From Alphaproteobacteria bacterium (GTDB taxonomy: Bacteria; Pseudomonadota; Alphaproteobacteria; UBA828): a stretch of 64,000 nt of DNA. The notes under the pieces were generated by a model. That model ran no database searches, was not told where the DNA came from, and worked only from the letters and a program-made list of their open reading frames with translations. Made by a program: the position numbers and the translations under genes. Below are positions 50,769 to 62,424 of the stretch, piece by piece. The stretch spans positions 288,001 to 352,000 of the forward strand of contig CBDCQT010000010.1 in assembly GCA_965220745.1 (NCBI GenBank), written 5' to 3'. Position 1 is the first letter of the stretch, and the number at the start of each line of letters is the position of its first letter.

Positions 50769-51107
50769 GGGCGCCTCCACGCCACGCAAGAGTGTGATAC
50801 GGGAGGAGACCGGGGGCACACAAGCGCCGACTGTCGCTGCCCTGACACTGCCGGGGCCGTGGTCACGCTCCCCGTCCGCGATCAGCGATACTTATGGAGC
50901 AGCCAAGAAATCGATATTGGAGTTGATGGCGGTGTTGGCTATACGATTCCAACATAGGAGATCGACTCGAGGGGAGGAAGCGCGATCGAATAGGGCTTAG
51001 AAATCGGTACAAATGCCTGAAACAAGTCGGAAATTTGGCATCACCGACTTGTGCTGAAATGGATGCAAGTGCTGCGTCAATGATGCTGTTTATCGGGGCT
51101 TGTTTGC

Positions 51108-52665
51108 ATGGGCGCTTACGACATCAGCGACGGAGTTGCAATCACCGGGTATGGCTACCGGTTGCCCGGCGGCATTCACTCGGACTCTGATTTCTGGCGC
51201 CTGCTCGCCGAGCGCGAGATCGTCCAGGAGCCGATCACCGATCGCTACGGCAAGGGTCATCTGCCCATCGGTGAATTCTCGGGCCCGGGGCGCCTCGCGA
51301 GCCCTTACGAGGGGCTGATCCGAGACGAAGAGGAGTTGCTCTTCGACCGGACCTTCTTCGGCATGTCCCACAACGAGCTGCGGCAGACCGAGCCGCAGGT
51401 CAGGATGCTGCTGAATTGCGCGTGGGAGGCCATCGAGCACGCCGGCTGGGATCTTCACTCCTTGCGCAACAGCCCCACCGGAGTCTTCATCGGCTCTCAG
51501 GTTCCGGCCGTGTCCAACTGGCGGCCGCAGCATGGCGTCACGGAGAATTCCGTCTCCGGCATCAGCCTCGCGATGCTGGCCAATCGGGTCTCCTACCACT
51601 TCAACCTCATGGGATCGTCCGCGACCTATTGCACGGCGTGCTCCGCCGGCGTGAGCGCCCTGCACGCGGCGATGAACTCGCTGGCGTGCGGCGATTGCGA
51701 CCAGGCGCTGGTCGGCGCCGTCACCTATCTCGGCAGCGCCAGGATGAGCAGCGGCTTCAACCTCATGGGGGTCATCAGCCCGGAGGGCAAGTGCCATTCC
51801 TTCGATGCCGAAGCCAACGGCTACATGCGCTCCGAAGGCTCGTTCGTCTTTGCCATCAAGCCCCTGGCGGCGGCCGAGCGGGACGGAGACCCGATCTATG
51901 CCGTGATCGAGGCGACCGCGGTCAACGCGGCAGGGACGGCCGACGGTACCCAGGGTCTCGCGCCGGGCCGGTTCATCAGCGCACCCACCCACCACGGCCA
52001 GGTGGCGCTGATGCAGGAGGCCTCGGCTCGCGCCGGCCTCGCTCCTCTCGACTTTGACTACATCGAGGCGCATGCGACCGGGACCGCTGTCGGCGATCCC
52101 ATCGAAGGCAACGCCATCGCGGAGGCGTTCGGCGGCGTCGAGCGCGAGGTCCCGCTGCGGGTTTCCAGCGTGAAGAGCAACGTGGGACACATGGAGGCTG
52201 CCGCTTTCCACTGTGCCCTGCTCAAGGTCGTTCTGATGATGCAGCGGCGCACCTTCGCGCCAACATCGAGCAACTTCCAGGTGCCCAATCCGGAGATCGA
52301 CTTCGATTCCTGCCCCATGCAAGTGCAGACGGAATGCGAGTCGTTCCCCGACCATCCCGTGGTCGTCGGGATCAACTCGTTCGGCTTCGGCGGCGCCAAC
52401 GGCCACTGCGTGGTGCGCGAGTACCGGCCGGCATTGTCCAAGCTCTGGTCGGTGCCGCTGGCGCCGCAAGCGGGCTTCATGGTCCCGCTCTCGGCACGCA
52501 CGCCCAAGGCGTTGACCGAGAGCGCGCGCCGGCTGCGCCATCTGCTCGACGAGCAGCCGATGGACCTTTACGCGCTGGCTGGCAATCTCAGCCGCCGCCG
52601 CACCCATTTCGCCGCACGGACCGCGTTCGCGGCGCGCAGTCTGCCCGAGCTGACCAAGGCGCTAG
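51108..52665 (+). pseudogene. Type I PKS/FAS (SwfA-like), KS domain; 5' part of IS-interrupted gene
   Basis: CTACS, EAHATGT, KSNVGH, NSFGFGGANGH; frame runs into the IS and stops at 52697. Confidence 0.9.
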
Positions 52666-54278
52666 CCCGACCTATTCATGGACTGCCTTGCACTTGAGTT
52701 TCGATTGACGGGTCGCGTCGGGGCCTGACGCGGTTTGGCGCCGGGATCTGAGGTTGTTCGCTGCTGGGTTGAGGGTTTATGGAGCCTGGGTGATCGGGGC
52801 ACGCCGCCCCGTCGCTCAGGGGCCTGCTGCGGCGAGGCGACCTGCGAGCAGGCGGAAGAGAGCGGCGTCGGGACAGGCCGAGGCGAAGTGGATGCGGACG
52901 CGGGTGGCCTTCTCGATGACGCGGGCGCCGATCTTGAGGAGGCGCAGCCTGAGGGTTGCGAACTCTGCGCGGGCGAGGGGCGCGGTGCGGGGGATGGCGT
53001 CGCGCAGCGCGAGCATGAGCCAGTAGGCTGCGGTGTGCAGGACCAGCCTGAGCTGGTTGGCGAGCGGGCTCTGGCAGGAGGTGCGGTCCGAGGCGAGCTG
53101 GCCCTTGTGCATCTTGATCAGGTTTTCGGCCTGGCCGCGGGCGCAGTAGATGTCTTCGTAGAGGTGGCGGGGCTCGCCCTTGAGCGAGGTGACGACATAG
53201 CGGGCATCGAAGCCGCGCGTACTCGCCTCCAGCCGGGCCACGACCCGGCGTTCGCGGTCCCAGGAGCGGGCGGCGTAGGCGAAGGCGGCGAAGCTGCGCA
53301 TCCTGTCCGCGCCGGCCTCGGCGCGGCGCACCCGGACGTCGTCGGCCACCTCGTAGGCGAGAGCGTGGAGCGCGCGATTGCCGGCGAGGCCGAAGATGTA
53401 GTCGACCCCGTTCTCCTCGCACCAGGCCATGGCTTGCGGGCGGCCATAGTGGCTGTCTCCCCGGAAGACGATCCGGGTGTGCGGCCAGTGGCGGCGGATA
53501 CGGCCGACCAGATGCTTGATGAGGGTGCGGACCTCGGGCCCCGACGGCGTCTTGCCCGGACGCAGGAGAACCGCCACCGGCTTGCCGCTCTCCACATGAT
53601 AGACGTGGACGGGGAGGAAGCAGCGCGTGTCGTAGTAGGCGTGGAAGAGCGAGAGCTGCTGGTGACCGTGCACCGGATCGCAGGTGTCGTCGATATCGAG
53701 GGTGATGGCGGCAGGTGGGGCTGAGAAGGAGCGGCAGAAGAGATCGACCAGCGCCGCCGTCATGCGCGCCACCTCGATGCGAGAGGGCGCGTTCTCCAGG
53801 CGGCTCATGGTGGGCTGGGAACAGAGGTCACGGCCGTTCTCCGGCGCCTTCCCTGAGGCCAGCTTGAACAGCGGGTCCGTGCGCAGCGCGTCGCAGTCGT
53901 CGGCATCTTCGTAGCCACACGCAATGGCGAACATGCGGAAGCGCAGCATGGCCGAGAGCGAGTGGACCACCTGCGCCTGCTTGCGCCGGTCGCGGATGCA
54001 GCCCGCCAGGGTCTCGGCGAGACCTAAGCCGCGTTCCGCTTCGCGCAGCAGGACGAGGCCGCCGTCCGACGAGATCAGGCCGCCGTCGAAGGCGGCGCTC
54101 ACCTTCTTGCGCGCGACGGCTGGCAGATCGAAGGGGAGAAGGCTATCGTCGGTCATGGCGGGCGTGGCATTTTCGTTACTCGGAGAGGAAGACGCCTCGA
54201 CAACGAATTCCTATCCGATGGCAACGGCTTACGCTACGTCCGCCACCCCAAAACCAGACCCGCCACGAATAATCCGGG
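52666..54278 (-). mobile_element. IS1380-family insertion sequence with CTAG target duplication
   Basis: Imperfect IRs CCCGACCTATTCATG / CCCGGATTATTCGTG; CTAG at 52662-52665 and 54279-54282. Confidence 0.92.
52816..54156 (-). CDS. IS1380-family transposase (DDE_Tnp_1_4)
   Basis: FDGG.ISSDGG, GYEDADD, SQPTMSRLEN, LDIDDT, RGDS, YCARGQAENLIK. Confidence 0.95.
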   Translation of the reverse strand: MTDDSLLPFDLPAVARKKVSAAFDGGLISSDGGLVLLREAERGLGLAETLAGCIRDRRKQAQVVHSLSAMLRFRMFAIACGYEDADDCDALRTDPLFKLASGKAPENGRDLCSQPTMSRLENAPSRIEVARMTAALVDLFCRSFSAPPAAITLDIDDTCDPVHGHQQLSLFHAYYDTRCFLPVHVYHVESGKPVAVLLRPGKTPSGPEVRTLIKHLVGRIRRHWPHTRIVFRGDSHYGRPQAMAWCEENGVDYIFGLAGNRALHALAYEVADDVRVRRAEAGADRMRSFAAFAYAARSWDRERRVVARLEASTRGFDARYVVTSLKGEPRHLYEDIYCARGQAENLIKMHKGQLASDRTSCQSPLANQLRLVLHTAAYWLMLALRDAIPRTAPLARAEFATLRLRLLKIGARVIEKATRVRIHFASACPDAALFRLLAGRLAAAGP

Positions 54279-54282
54279 CTAG

Positions 54283-57200
54283 ACACCTTCGTGGAAGAGG
54301 AAGCCCCCATCGCCACGGCGGAGGAGGGCGAGCAGCGGCTGGTCATGGTGTTCGCCGGGCAAGGGACGCAGTGGGCCGGTTGCGGGCGCGACCTCTACGA
54401 GGCCCATCCCGTCTTCCGCCGCGCCATCGATGCCATCGACGAGCATTGGCGCGCGCACGCGAGCACTTCGTTGCGCGAGGCCTGCTTCACGGCTCCCCAA
54501 GATGAGCTCGACGAAGTTCAACTCGCCCAGCCCGCTATCTTCATGATTCAGTGCGCGCTGGTGGAACTGTTCAAGACCTGGGGCGTCTATCCCGACTGCG
54601 TGGTGGGACACAGCTCCGGCGAGGTAGCCGCGGCGTACGCGTGCGGCGCGCTTTCGCTCGCCGATGCGACGCGCCTGGTCTACCACCGCGCTACCCTGCA
54701 GCAGCGTGTGGCCGGCTCCGGTCGCATGCTGGCCATCGGCCTCGACCGGCCGGGCGTGGAGGACCTGCTGGACGGGCTGGACATCCCCTTCCGCCTCGAG
54801 GGCGACCGGTCCGTCCAGGTCGAGATCGCCTGCGAGAACGCACCGGCGAACACGGTGATCTGCGGCCGTGAAGACGACCTGCAGCCGGTGATCGAGGAGT
54901 TGGATCGGCGCAACCTCCAGAACCGGCTGATCCCAGGCAACATCGCCTTCCACTCCCGGGCGATGGACGTCATCAGGGACGATGCTTTCGACGCCCTCTG
55001 CTTCCTTGATGACCGTCCCTTCGACTCCGAGGTGCCATTCATCTCGTCGGTGACGGGTGCCGAGACGGAGCGGCTGGACAGCGCCTACTGGTGGTCCAAC
55101 ATCCGTCAGGCGGTCCGCTTCGCCGCGGCGATGGAGACCGTCAAGCGCGACCATCGGCCCGACGTGGTGCTGGAGCTCGCGCCTCACTCGGCCCTACAGC
55201 CCATCGTCGCGCAGTGCCTGGAAGACGCCGTATCGCCGCCCGTTTCCATTCCGACGCTGATGCGGGACACCGATACCTGCCTCGGCTTTCATGAGGCCCT
55301 GGGCAACCTCTTCAAAACGGGCGTGTCTCTGGACTTCCCGGCGCAGTATCCGCGCCCCGACCCCATCGTCCATCTACTGCCGGGGCACCCGAGAGACGAG
55401 CAGAAGACCGTCGACGACAGGCTGGACGACGAGTTTTTCCTGAAACAAGGCGACTACGCGCACGGCCCGCTGGTCGGCCACCGGATCGCGAGCGACCACC
55501 TCCTGTTCGAAGCGCGGCTCTCCGAGGCGGCCTTTCCGTGGCTGGCGGAACACCGTGTCCATCACGCGTCGATCATGCCGGCCGCCGGCTATATCGAGCT
55601 GATATTGCAGGCACTCGGCGGCGTTCCGGTCCATTTCGACGTGCTCGAGTTCCTGCAGCCCTGTCCCATCCCGAGGACACCTGTCAGGCTGCAAACAGCC
55701 CTTTATCCGGTTCCCAATTCCGACGGTGAATTCACCTTCCAGATTTCGACGTTGCCTTACGAGGTTGATCCGAAGAGCGAGCTGCACTGCCGCGGAAGAG
55801 TGCGCCTGATCAGCACGCGACCCGAGCTGGACGCACCGGAAACCCTGTCGGACCTGGACACGTCGGGCTACGAACCTCTTCAGTATGCGGCCGACGACGA
55901 AATCTACGAGCGTTTCGAAGTGGTTCTCGGGGAAACCTTCCAGTACGGCCCCCACTTCAGGAACATTCGGAAGCTCAGGCGTGAGCGGGAGACCGGCCGG
56001 CTCCTGCTGGATGTCGGGGTCGACGAGACGCTATGGACGGGCGCAAGAGAAGAGGGATATGTCTCCTTTCCGCCCCTCCTCGACGGCGGGCTACAGTCGT
56101 TTCTTTACGACCTGATGCTCGGCGCCGATCGTTTTGCCATTCCCCTGCGGGCCGAGAACGTGACGTTCCTAGGCGCGCCGACGGTGCCGCGCCTCGTTTG
56201 CCAACTGACCTATCCCGGCGGCAAGCGCTACGAGGTCGATGACAAGGGTCAATACAATGTTCCCAACGGCGAGTGGGTTTCCGGCCGGTTGAACTTCTAC
56301 GACGAGGCGACCGGTGCACTCAGCCTTCACGTCGAGAAGTACATCTCCTTCATCTCGTATCCCAGGCGAGTCGACCTGCCGCACAGCAAGCACCGTATCG
56401 CGTGGCAGCCGAAGTTCGTCGCCGATGGCCGCGCGATTGCGGAGCGGCTGCCCAAGGGCGAGATCGAACCATCGGCCCTGCTGGCCGCCCTGGAGCGGGC
56501 AGACGACACCGGCGGCGCCATGCGTGCCTGCCACGCACTGGAGTTCGCGGGCTCCAGGGAGCCGGAGCAGACGGTGCTTCAGACGTGCGTCGACCATCTA
56601 TCGCGGGAGGAGGCGCAAAGCGAGTTCTGGCTCGTCGCCGACGATGAGGAGGGCGCGCGGACGTGCTTTGACGCCTTCCATGCGCAAGACGCCGCGCTGC
56701 GCTTCGACTGCCTCGATCCCGGCGCGCCGCAGGCATCCGCGCTCGATACCGGCCTGCTGCGCTCCGGTGCGGCGGAAGTCCTGTTCCTCCACCACGATGA
56801 GGATGCGTTTGCGCCAGAGGACTGGCGGCTCTGGCGGGAGGTGGCGGTTGCGGGTGGATTGGCGCTGGTTTCCCACGCGGACAGCGCGATCATCGAGCCC
56901 GGCGCGGGCTGGACCGCGCTGAGGACGGGCCGGCGCGCGACGCTGCTTCAGGCGCCGCCGAAGCGCACGGACGATAGGAGCGAGACGCCTCTGCCGGCTC
57001 CCCGCTGGGTGATGGGGGCGCCCGATAGCCTGGCGGGGGCCTGGGCAACCTTGCTCGACGATCCTGCGGTCTATCCGATCCCCTTCGACAGCCTCTCGTC
57101 AGGCGACATCTTTGAGGTCGAGACGTGGCCGCAGGCGACGGACGTGCAGGCGATCGATGTGTTCTGCGACTGGGATCCGGAGGACCCGACCGGCGAGCGG

Positions 57201-59792
57201 GCGGTCTCGCAATTCGTCGCCCTGATTCAGTCGCTGGTGCCCTACAGGATGGACCAGGCCAGTTGCCAATGCCGCATCACCGTGGCGACCCGCAAAGCGG
57301 TGTTCGAGGCGGAAGATGCGCGCGGGAGCGCGCTCTGGGGGGCGGTGCGCACCATGGCCATGGAGGTCGGCGAGGAGGCCCAGCTCGATTTCCGCCTGGT
57401 GGATCTGGGCGCCGCCGATGATCTCGAAACGCTGGCGTGGATCGCGCGTCACGACCTGCGCGAGCGGGAGCTTGCTGTGCACGAAGGCCAATTGTGGGCG
57501 CCGCGCGTCGTAAGCAATCGTGATCAGCACCCGCGCGTCCCTGCCGGCGAAGACCCGCCCTATCGGCTCTTCCTGGATAACGCGGGGCAGATCGCCGGCC
57601 TTAGGATGAAGACCTACGACCCGCCGCCGCTGGCCCCGCACGCCGTGGAGATCGACGTCGCCGCGTCGGCGCTCAACTTCCGCGACGTCATGGTGACGCT
57701 CGGGCTGCTTCCGGCACTGGCCTACGAGCGCTCGGCGCTGGGCCGCGAGGTCGGCATGGAGGCGAGCGGCGTGGTCCGCCGCGCCGGTACGGCTGTGGAA
57801 GAACTCGAGCCCGGCGATGAGGTGGTCTTCGTCGACGGCGGCTGTATCGCCAATCGCACGGTGGTGGGGCAGCACCGCGTGTTCCCCAAGCCTGCGGGCC
57901 TTAGCATGGAGGAAGCCGCGTCGTCGCTCTCGGTCTACGTCACCGCCTACTATTCCCTGATTCACCTGGCCCGGCTGCGCAAGGGCCAGCGCGTCCTGAT
58001 CCACTCGGCCATGGGCGGCATCGGACAGGCAGCCATCGCGCTCGCGAACAACGTGGGCGCCGAGATCTACGCAACGGCGGGGAGCGAGAGCAAATGCAAC
58101 CAGTTGCTCGCGCTGGGAGTCCGGGCGGCCTTCGATTCCCACAGCGAGGATTGGTACGACGGGCTGATGAAGGCGACCGGCGACCAGGGCGTCGATGTCG
58201 TGCTGAACTCGCTCGCCGGCCGCCACGTTGCGCTCTGCCTGCAGGCGCTGAGGGCGGGCGGCTGGCATTGCGAGATCGGCAAGGTCGACATCTATGCCGA
58301 CAGCGCCCTCGGGCTCCGCGTCTTCCGCAAGAACCTGCGCTTCGCGGCCATCGATCTCGACCGCCTGATGGTGGACGACCCGCTGCTCTCGCGCGAGCTC
58401 TCCCAGGCCTGCCTCGACCTGCTCGATCGCGGCGTGGTGCCGCCGTTGCCGGTCACCGTCTTCTCCTATGGCAACTACGCGAAGGCGCTCCGCCTGATGA
58501 CCTCAGGCCAGCATCAGGGGAAGCTGGTGCTGAAGGCGCCGCCGGCGTCCACCGCCCCGGACTTCCCGATCGATGACCGGCGGCCACTGCTGGACCCCGA
58601 CGCGACCTATCTCGTGACCGGCGGCCTGGGCGGGTTCGGCCGGCGGCTCTTGCCCTATCTCGTGACGGCCGGCGCGCGCCATCTCACTCTGATGGACCGC
58701 GACCCCGAACGCCGTCGCAGCGAGTATTGGCTGCGTCACTCCACGACTCTCGCGGACGTGGGCGAAGGAGTCGAAATTGACCTGGTCCAGGGCGACGTTG
58801 CGATCGAGGCCGACGTGCGCCGCTGCGTCGCCAACGTGAAGAAGCCACTCAAGGGTGTGTTCCACCTCGCCGGCGCGCTGGACGACTGCCTGCTGGCGGA
58901 TCTGACGGCGCAGTCCATCGCCCGGGTCTTCGCGCCCAAGGCCAACGGCGCGCTCCATCTCCACCGTGCCACCCAAGGGCTCGCCCTCGATCACTTCGTC
59001 ATGGTGTCGTCGCTCTCGTCGGCGTTCGGCAATCCGGGTCAGATCAACTACGGCGCCGCCAACGCCTTCCTGGACGGCCTCGCCGCCTGCCGCCGCCGGC
59101 AAGGGCTACCGGCCCTCTCCTACAACCTGGCGGCGGTCGCGGATGCGGGCATGGCCGCGCGCAACCTCGGCCTGCTGCGATTGATGAAGGCCGCCGGCAT
59201 TCCCCCGGTGAGCAGCTATTGCGCCATCGCCAACCTCGACTATGCGCTCCGCACAATGAGCGATAGCGACCACCTGATCACCGCGCTCTTCAAGCGCGTG
59301 CTCTGGAGCGTCGATTCCCCCGACTATATGCGATCCGGCCGCCTGATGAGCAATCAGGATGCGTTCGCGGTCGGCACCGACGAGCAGCTGACGGTGGACG
59401 GAGTCATGGCGCAGATCGCGGCCAAGGTCGCCGAGCTCTGCGGCCACGACGAAGGCGGTCTGGAAGAGCCCCTCTCCAGCTTCGGGCTCAACTCCATCTC
59501 CGTCGCTGAGTTGGGGGCATTCATCCAGAGCGAATTCAACTTCCAGGCGAGCGCGCTCGAGTTGATGACCACGGCCTCGTGCCAGTCGCTGGCGCACGCC
59601 ATCGTCTTCGGTACAAAGAGCGACGAGGAGGCGGAAGCCGAGATGGACGGTGAAGACATCGACGATACGCCCCTCACGGCGCAGCGCCGCGTTCACCGCA
59701 GGCCCTCGGTGTTCGCCAGCCCGCCCGAAGACCACTTCCCGCAAGCGCCCTGTTCCGGAAAAGGCGCCGTGGGAGCCCTGGCCGCCGAGTAG
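54283..59792 (+). pseudogene. Type I PKS/FAS (SwfA-like) 3' part: AT-DH-(degenerate MT/linker)-ER-KR-ACP
   Basis: FAGQGTQW, GHSSG, AFHS (AT); EHRVHHASIMP, LLDGGLQ (DH); IHSAMGGIG (ER); TGGLGGFG, NYGAAN (KR); GLNS (ACP); frame is open, with an in-frame GTG at 54291. Confidence 0.9.
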
Positions 59793-59854
59793 CGCGATCC
59801 GGCGGCAGGGGAGCGGGCTTCGAATCGGCGCAGTGAGTATCAAGGCAAGGCAGC

Positions 59855-62350
59855 ATGGCCGACGCATGCGTTGCTGACCGGGCGGTGCCGCCTCTTATCG
59901 GCGAATTGCCGCCCCAATGCCGCAAGGACGTGGACGCGCTGCGTCGCGTCGTTCACGAGACGCTCGCGCAGGGTGCCCCAGCTGCAGCGGTGTCCCCAAA
60001 CGACTTTCAGGAGGTTTTTCTGACCGGCGCGACCGGTTTCGTAGGACGCTTCATGCTGCGCGAGCTCCTGCGGCAGAACGATCGGTTGATCGTGCACTGC
60101 CTGGTCCGTGCCGAGAGCGCCGAGCATGGGCTGGGGCGGATACGCGACGCACTGGAGTGCGCCGAGGTCTGGGAGGAGGAGTTCGCTCCGCGGCTGCGCG
60201 TGGTGCCCGGCGACGCCTGCGAGGAACGCTTCGGTCTAGGCGAGCCCGCGTTCGACGAGCTCTGCCGGCGGATCGACGCGGTCTACCATCTTGCCGCCAA
60301 CGTGGGCCTGGTCCTGTCCTACGCCGATATTCGCGAGGAGAACACGCTCGGCCTTCGTTCCGTGCTTGAGCTCTGCTTGCGGACCCGCCTCAAGCATCTG
60401 TTTTACGGCTCCACCATGGGAATTTTCCCGGCGTATTTCTGTGATTTTGGTGGAGAGCACAGCCGCAGCCGCATCGACGATCAGATGCAGCCCGACCTCG
60501 CCGACATGAAAATGACCTTTCCGCTCGGCGCCATCGGGTATCCGTGGAGCAAGCTGGTGGCCGAGAGAGGTGTGCTGTTCGCGCAGGCGGCGGGCGTGCC
60601 GGTCGCGATCTTTCGCCTGCCGCAGATGGGGCTTTCCAGCACGGGGTATACGCAAGCGAACGACCTTCCAGCCCGCCTGTTTGCCGCCGCGACGCAACTG
60701 GGAAAGGCACCGCATGGCTTTTCCATACAAAGAAACGCCGAGCCGGTCGACACGGTCAGCGAAATCTGTACGGCGATCTCGCTCAACCCCAACCGCCGCT
60801 TCACCATCTACCATTGCTGCGATCCAGAGCCCCCTTACGAAGATCTAGAGGTCGCCGATCTAGGCTACTATTGGCAAAGCGTTCCCTACGCATCCTTCAG
60901 ACGTTCGTGCCAGGCCCTCGGAGAGGAGTCTCCATTGCGCGGCCAGTGGGTGCTGATCGACCATTTCGCGCCCTACTGGTTCAGCGAGGACAAGGCCCAG
61001 CGCACGGCGATGGTCTGCGACCGCGCCATTCGGGCGGACTGCCCCCGCCCGATCAAGTGGCCGGCACTGCTGATACGCCATGCGCGTTCCTACGACTGGG
61101 TCAGGCGTCATCGGGAGGGATGGCCCTATCCGATTCCGCAGGGCCACCTGGACTTCGACGGTCTCATCGCTCAGGCAGAGCGCTTCGCCCAACGAATGGG
61201 CGTGCCCTTCGAGCCAACCTACCCTTCGTGGATGCGCGCCGGCCTCCAGCAACTCGTGGAGGCGCTGAAATCGCCGGAGGCCGGACTGCGGGACACGCGG
61301 CTCAGCCACATCATCTACGGACTGACCCGCGCACTCCGCAGCAATGCGGCGCTCGCCCGCGAACGGCGGCAGCACCCCGAGATCGAGCAGGAGCGGATCA
61401 CGCGGCCGGTCTTCATCGTCGGCATCAACCGCACCGGCACGACTTTTCTGCATCGCCTGCTGTCGCGCGATCCGCGCTTCTGGGCGCTACGGCGTTACGA
61501 GTTGACCGAGCCGGTGCTGCCCACTGGCGAGTATGCCACCGTCGCAGGCACGGCCGACGATCCCCGCCGGGCCTACGCGAAAGAGCTGTTGGGCGCGACC
61601 AATGTCGTCGATACGCTCGCTGGACTCCACCGCACCGATATCGACGAGCCAGAGGAGGACTTGTGGATACTCTGGCTTACCTTCTCGACCTGGATATTTG
61701 CGACCGCGTATCACGTACCGGCCTATGGCCGTTGGCTCGCAGAAACCGGGTCACGCAATGCCTACGCGCATCACCGGCGCGTCATGCAGCACTTCACCTG
61801 GCAGCGGCGGCAACGGGAGTCGGAAGGAGAGCGGCACTGGCTGCTCAAGATGCCTTTTCATCTCATAGAATTGGAGGTGCTGCTGGAGACCTACCCGGAT
61901 GCCGTCTTCATCCAGACCCATCGCGAGCCCGTCGAGGTTATGGGCTCGTGGAACAGTATAGTGGAGCGGATTCGAGGCTTTTCCACCGATCCGCGGCCTC
62001 CGCACGAGGCCGGCGCCGAGCAGTTGGCCTTCATGAGTGGCGTGCTGAACGGCGCGATGCAGTTCCGCGCCTCCAAACCCGCGCTCGAAGAACGCTGGGT
62101 CGACGTGCGCTATGTCGATCTGGTCGACGATCCGATGGCGGTCGTGAACGACATCTACGCGCGCCTCGGCTGGCCCCTGGAGGCGGCCTCCGCCCGCGCC
62201 ATGCAGGAGTGGCTCACGCTCCAAGAGGAGCAACGCCGGCAAGAGCCGCGGCACGAGTATCAGTTGGAGGACTACGACCTCACGCCGGAGGGCGTGAACG
62301 AGGCATTCGCGCCCTATCGCGAGTTTGTCGCGGCGCTCGGCATCGTGTGA
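59855..62350 (+). CDS. Thioester reductase - sulfotransferase fusion (SwfB-like)
   Basis: FLTGATGFVG, YHLAA, GYPWSK (R domain); VFIVGINRTGTT PAPS loop, LLKMPFH, THREP (sulfotransferase). Confidence 0.9.
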   Translation: MADACVADRAVPPLIGELPPQCRKDVDALRRVVHETLAQGAPAAAVSPNDFQEVFLTGATGFVGRFMLRELLRQNDRLIVHCLVRAESAEHGLGRIRDALECAEVWEEEFAPRLRVVPGDACEERFGLGEPAFDELCRRIDAVYHLAANVGLVLSYADIREENTLGLRSVLELCLRTRLKHLFYGSTMGIFPAYFCDFGGEHSRSRIDDQMQPDLADMKMTFPLGAIGYPWSKLVAERGVLFAQAAGVPVAIFRLPQMGLSSTGYTQANDLPARLFAAATQLGKAPHGFSIQRNAEPVDTVSEICTAISLNPNRRFTIYHCCDPEPPYEDLEVADLGYYWQSVPYASFRRSCQALGEESPLRGQWVLIDHFAPYWFSEDKAQRTAMVCDRAIRADCPRPIKWPALLIRHARSYDWVRRHREGWPYPIPQGHLDFDGLIAQAERFAQRMGVPFEPTYPSWMRAGLQQLVEALKSPEAGLRDTRLSHIIYGLTRALRSNAALARERRQHPEIEQERITRPVFIVGINRTGTTFLHRLLSRDPRFWALRRYELTEPVLPTGEYATVAGTADDPRRAYAKELLGATNVVDTLAGLHRTDIDEPEEDLWILWLTFSTWIFATAYHVPAYGRWLAETGSRNAYAHHRRVMQHFTWQRRQRESEGERHWLLKMPFHLIELEVLLETYPDAVFIQTHREPVEVMGSWNSIVERIRGFSTDPRPPHEAGAEQLAFMSGVLNGAMQFRASKPALEERWVDVRYVDLVDDPMAVVNDIYARLGWPLEAASARAMQEWLTLQEEQRRQEPRHEYQLEDYDLTPEGVNEAFAPYREFVAALGIV

Positions 62351-62424
62351 CTCTGCCGCTACCGCTCAACTAACATGAGTAATGGACTACCTCACGTGAC
62401 CGGGCCTGTGTGGGCAGGGGGCAC

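Noticed and set aside
51035-51052. Sigma-54 promoter (TTGGCA...)
   Set aside because: No GC at the required -12 spacing
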